This document shows positions 16,569-20,000 of a DNA stretch of 20,000 nt, piece by piece. The DNA is from an uncultured virus (IMG/VR IMGVR_UViG_3300021961_000061) (lineage: Duplodnaviria; Heunggongvirae; Uroviricota; Caudoviricetes), in the IMG/VR virus record IMGVR_UViG_3300021961_000061; one strand, written 5' to 3'. Positions within the stretch are counted from its first letter, which is position 1. Each line of letters starts with the position of its first letter. Under the pieces are notes generated by a model, which did no database searches, was not told where the DNA came from, and was given only the letters and a program-made list of their open reading frames with translations. The position numbers and the translations under genes were made by a program.

Positions 16569-19500
16569 TTATATTAAGGGAATATTCCATTTATTTGATA
16601 AATAACTTTGAATTGCACTTAATTCTGAAGGAGTTAGTGTTCTACTATACGCTAACACATCGAACAAGAATCCATTATACCAAAACTGTGTTGAACCTGC
16701 TGGTGCTTCTGTGTAAGATACACCCATGAATAGATAGTTCACAAGAGAGCTTGTTGTTGTTCCAACACTTGTGATAAATAAAAGTGTTTGTTCATCACCA
16801 TCTTTATAGAATTTTAATCTATTTGAATCACCTGTGGCACTTCCATCAAAGACATAAGTAAGAATGTGAGGATTTGTATCAACAACTCCTCCCGTTGCAA
16901 ATCCACCACCTGCCGCTATGTTATATGTTGAACCACTTTGTCTAATATAAACCGAATTTAAACCTGTATTACCATCCTCACCTCCCTGTACATATTGCTG
17001 TGTAGTAGTTGAGTCCAAAGTTTTAGCCACCAATATTACTGTTTGTCCTGTGTTACTAGATAAGGCACTTATTGGATTTACACTCAAACCCATAGAAGAA
17101 CCGTTAAAATACACACTACCTAATCCATTTTGAACATTTGACCACCATTCAGCTTTATTACCACCACCAATCGCGGTTGCATTGTGTTGTGGTGGGTCTA
17201 CAGAATCAACCCACTGAGTAAATGTCGAACCACTTGTTCCCGTTGGAGTAACATCAGTTGCTAAATCCGCTTTGTAATAAATTTCCAATGTTGGGTCAGT
17301 AGGAACAACTGCTTGTGTAGGTGTTGGGGTGATAGTTGGCGTATATGTTGGAGTGGGGGTGTTGGATGATGTTATTGATGGTGTAGGTGTTGGAGTGTTA
17401 GTTGGTGTTTCTGTATTGGTTGGAGTTGAAGTCACCGTGGATGTAGGCGTGTTAGTTGGTGTTGAAGTCACCGTGGGTGTCGGAGTGGGTGTTGAGCTTG
17501 AAATTGGTGTCGGCAATAAAGTTACCTCAATATCGCATTCTAAACTTGGGGGAGTTGATGGTGTGTTGGTGGGTGTCGGTGTTGTTGTTTGAGTCGGAGT
17601 GCTGGTTGGTGTAGGTGTGTTAGTTGGTGTTTCAGTGTTAGTTGGTGTGGGTGTATTTGTTGGAGTTTCTGTATTAGTTGGTGTAGGTGTGTTAGTTGGT
17701 GTTTCTGTATTAGTTGGTGTAGGTGTGTTAGTTGGTGTTTCTGTATTAGTTGGTGTGGGAGTGTTAGTTGGTGTTTCAGTGTTAGTGGGCGTAGGAGTGC
17801 TAGTTGATGTTTCTGTAACCGAAGGTGTTGGTGTGTTGGTAGGTGTCTCTGTATTAGTTGGTGTGGGAGTGTTAGTTGGTGTTTCAGTGTTAGTGGGCGT
17901 AGGAGTGCTAGTTGATGTTTCTGTAACCGAAGGTGTTGGTGTGTTGGTAGGTGTCTCTGTATTAGTTGGTGTGGGAGTGTTAGTTGGAGTTTCTGTATTA
18001 GTTGGTGTAGGTGTGTTAGTTGGTGTTTCAGTGTTAGTTGGTGTGGGTGTATTTGTTGGAGTTTCTGTATTAGTTGGTGTAGGTGTGTTAGTTGGTGTTT
18101 CAGTGTTAGTTGGTGTGGGTGTATTTGTTGGAGTTTCTGTATTAGTTGGTGTGGGAGTGTTAGTTGGTGTTTCAGTGTTAGTGGGCGTAGGAGTGCTAGT
18201 TGATGTTTCTGTAACCGAAGGTGTTGGTGTGTTGGTAGGTGTTTCAGTGTTAGTGGGTGTAGGAGTGCTAGTTGATGTTTCTGTAACCGAAGGTGTTGGT
18301 GTGTTGGTAGGTGTCTCTGTATTAGTTGGTGTAGGTGTGTTAGTTGGTGTTTCAGTGTTAGTTGGTGTAGGTGTGGAGGTTGCTGTATTAGTTGGTGTAA
18401 CAGTGGGTGTTGAGGTTACACTAGCGGTTACCGACGGGGTTGGTGTGTTAGAAGGTGTTTGCGTATTTGTAGGTGTTACGGTAGGAGTTTGTGTTGGAGT
18501 TGCCAACAACTCAAATGTATATCCCGTAGTAAAACTATAGTTGTATCTTGAAATACCTGAGTATCTATCGTCAATTGATGTGAATTCTGCGGTTCTTGTT
18601 AAGTTCCTATAATTGTAATCCAAATATGAGAATTCATAAGCCCTCGTCTGTCCCGAAGGAATAAGAATACTCACATTTTCAACCAATGGTTCACCTTCAA
18701 AAACATTAAGTTGAATACTAAAGTCAACGGTTACATCAACATCAACAGGATATTGACTTTGGGCAATATAAGTTCCTTGTACCGAACCTTCAAAATATTC
18801 CGCAGTTACATTAATGTTGTTATTCTGAAGTTCAAGATAGGACAAGTCTCCATTAGGAATTGGAATTGAAATAATATCCCCATCAGGGATTACAACATAC
18901 GCCAAGTCCTCATCAGGAATGATAATATATTCAAAATCGTTCGAAGGAATTATAATTACACAATCAGGACAATCAGGATTCAATAGACCATATTTTGGTC
19001 TAAGAATTCTGAAGTTATGTTTTACCATTGATGCATCCAACGGTTCAACATACATTCTGAAAGCACTGACCTCTCCAATAAAGTTACCACCAAAAATTTC
19101 TTCTAAGTAAATGTTGGTCGTCAAACCTGAATAAATGGTGTGGTCCAAAACTTCCGTTGGTAAATCCTCAGGGTCTTGTTGATAAACCATGTCATTTAAT
19201 GTTGCAGGACATGTTCCCGAGAATGTCAAATTATCTTTAAGACCTTGTGTTCCCCCACCTATAGAAATGTTAAATGGCACACCGACTTGTCTTTCTTTGT
19301 AAGTGTTTAAAGGTCTTGGTATAATCTCTTCAAAATCCTCACACACCATAAGAAGTTTACCATTCACATAAATTCTAAGGGTACCTAATCTATATTTTCT
19401 CTCCTCCAACCACAGGTCATTGATATGAACCGAAGTTGTTTTGGCGGGAGTATATCCCGAATACCCTTCAGCGTGAGTAATGGGTGGTTCAATTAAACTT

Positions 19501-20000
19501 ACACTATTGTTGGCCGATGTTGCAGTATAAACTTCACTTACGATATCCCCAAGACCCCCCAAGTAAAGGAGGTCCTTACATTCATAATAAACATTCCTTT
19601 CGAACACCGCATCGATTTGTACCCAGTGTTCGAAGTTGATGTAAGGTGTGAATTTACAATCTTCAAATATACCACGAGTAGAACACCACTCTACAGTGGT
19701 TACTCCTGTAACGAAGGAAGTGCCAGTTAAACATGTTCCTGAGGGTATACAACTTCCGGTAATCAAATATTCTTTAACACACACTCGTGGGTTTCCTGTG
19801 TCCCCACTGAATCTTATAGACATTGCGTTTGATACCCCATCGTAAAGGGGGTCCAAATCAGGAACGGGTGTTGAGGTAGAACAAGAACAAGGGCAACCAC
19901 ATGAACAATTTGATGATGTTACACCTGAGGGTTGATAAACAGAAATACAATCAGCACCCGTTCCACCTGTTTTGGTACAACCACAAGTGTGCATACATGT
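16569..20000 (-). CDS. Very large putative virion protein (5'-partial): Cys-rich/LamG-like region, long mucin-like Thr-Pro stalk, C-terminal LamG/concanavalin-A-like domain
   Basis: Frame is open to the window edge (ACA TGT ATG...). LamG-like motifs HWVQI...LRIYVNG...[13 protein letters not shown]....VKHNF and [10 protein letters not shown]...LKFYKDG...[18 protein letters not shown]...IQSYLSNKW; ~400 aa T/P tract. Confidence 0.88.
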   Translation of the reverse strand, partial: TCMHTCGCTKTGGTGADCISVYQPSGVTSSNCSCGCPCSCSTSTPVPDLDPLYDGVSNAMSIRFSGDTGNPRVCVKEYLITGSCIPSGTCLTGTSFVTGVTTVEWCSTRGIFEDCKFTPYINFEHWVQIDAVFERNVYYECKDLLYLGGLGDIVSEVYTATSANNSVSLIEPPITHAEGYSGYTPAKTTSVHINDLWLEERKYRLGTLRIYVNGKLLMVCEDFEEIIPRPLNTYKERQVGVPFNISIGGGTQGLKDNLTFSGTCPATLNDMVYQQDPEDLPTEVLDHTIYSGLTTNIYLEEIFGGNFIGEVSAFRMYVEPLDASMVKHNFRILRPKYGLLNPDCPDCVIIIPSNDFEYIIIPDEDLAYVVIPDGDIISIPIPNGDLSYLELQNNNINVTAEYFEGSVQGTYIAQSQYPVDVDVTVDFSIQLNVFEGEPLVENVSILIPSGQTRAYEFSYLDYNYRNLTRTAEFTSIDDRYSGISRYNYSFTTGYTFELLATPTQTPTVTPTNTQTPSNTPTPSVTASVTSTPTVTPTNTATSTPTPTNTETPTNTPTPTNTETPTNTPTPSVTETSTSTPTPTNTETPTNTPTPSVTETSTSTPTPTNTETPTNTPTPTNTETPTNTPTPTNTETPTNTPTPTNTETPTNTPTPTNTETPTNTPTPTNTETPTNTPTPTNTETPTNTPTPSVTETSTSTPTPTNTETPTNTPTPTNTETPTNTPTPSVTETSTSTPTPTNTETPTNTPTPTNTETPTNTPTPTNTETPTNTPTPTNTETPTNTPTPTNTETPTNTPTPTSTPTQTTTPTPTNTPSTPPSLECDIEVTLLPTPISSSTPTPTPTVTSTPTNTPTSTVTSTPTNTETPTNTPTPTPSITSSNTPTPTYTPTITPTPTQAVVPTDPTLEIYYKADLATDVTPTGTSGSTFTQWVDSVDPPQHNATAIGGGNKAEWWSNVQNGLGSVYFNGSSMGLSVNPISALSSNTGQTVILVAKTLDSTTTQQYVQGGEDGNTGLNSVYIRQSGSTYNIAAGGGFATGGVVDTNPHILTYVFDGSATGDSNRLKFYKDGDEQTLLFITSVGTTTSSLVNYLFMGVSYTEAPAGSTQFWYNGFLFDVLAYSRTLTPSELSAIQSYLSNKWNIPLI
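17619..18374. repeat. Coding tandem array, 21 x 36 bp ([12 protein letters not shown] x17, [12 protein letters not shown] x4)
   Basis: Unit e.g. gttagttggtgtttctgtattagttggtgtaggtgt. Variant units at 18267-18302, 18195-18230, 17907-17942 and 17799-17834. Confidence 0.95.

Noticed and set aside
16597..16604. TATTTATC 29 nt upstream of ATG 16567
   Set aside because: Coincides with Tyr-Leu-Ser codons of the conserved YLSNKW end of the LamG-like domain, and the gene is already coupled to its upstream neighbour.
17619..18374. 36-bp periodicity suggesting a CRISPR array
   Set aside because: Units are contiguous with no unique spacers, vary mostly at synonymous positions and lie in frame within a CDS; no cas genes.
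17599..18540. 313-aa + strand ORF ([10 protein letters not shown]...) and similar ORFs at 12946, 13351, 15288, 17329, 17589
   Set aside because: Antisense shadows of Thr/Pro codon repeats, which lack stops on the other strand; no independent start signals.
1..20000. Eukaryotic giant virus or cellular origin suggested by GT60, PolB and mucin-like proteins
   Set aside because: The gp13-like neck gene, BppU-like gene, overlapping operon junctions and UUCG intrinsic terminator point to a tailed bacteriophage.

Overview
AT-rich, gene-dense segment of a large tailed phage (T4-superfamily-like jumbo phage, judged from a gp13-like neck protein). The host may be Bacteroidota, inferred from SD-less A/U-rich starts and a TTTG-N20-TAnnTTT promoter. 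Left arm (+ strand): a Mn/Fe superoxide dismutase fused to a PD-(D/E)XK-like domain, the neck protein and two small ORFs. The rest is on the - strand: a small HsdS-TRD-like ORF, an intact family B DNA polymerase, a BppU-like Ig-fold protein, and a tightly coupled four-gene glycosyltransferase operon (GT60 polypeptide GlcNAc-transferase-like, GT25, HtrL/YibB-like, HtrL+GT2 fusion). Directly upstream of that operon lie six putative virion-surface genes built from Cys-rich modules, LamG/propeller domains and Thr-Pro mucin-like linkers, including a 21 x 36 bp array. Main hypothesis: a phage-encoded mucin-type O-glycosylation system, with initiating enzyme, extending enzymes and acceptor proteins side by side. 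Other points: a sense-strand TATTTAT(A) motif before most transcription-unit starts, possible prohead-protease sites flanking the SOD domain, and a hairpin in the polymerase leader. All family assignments are from motif recognition by eye, not database searches.
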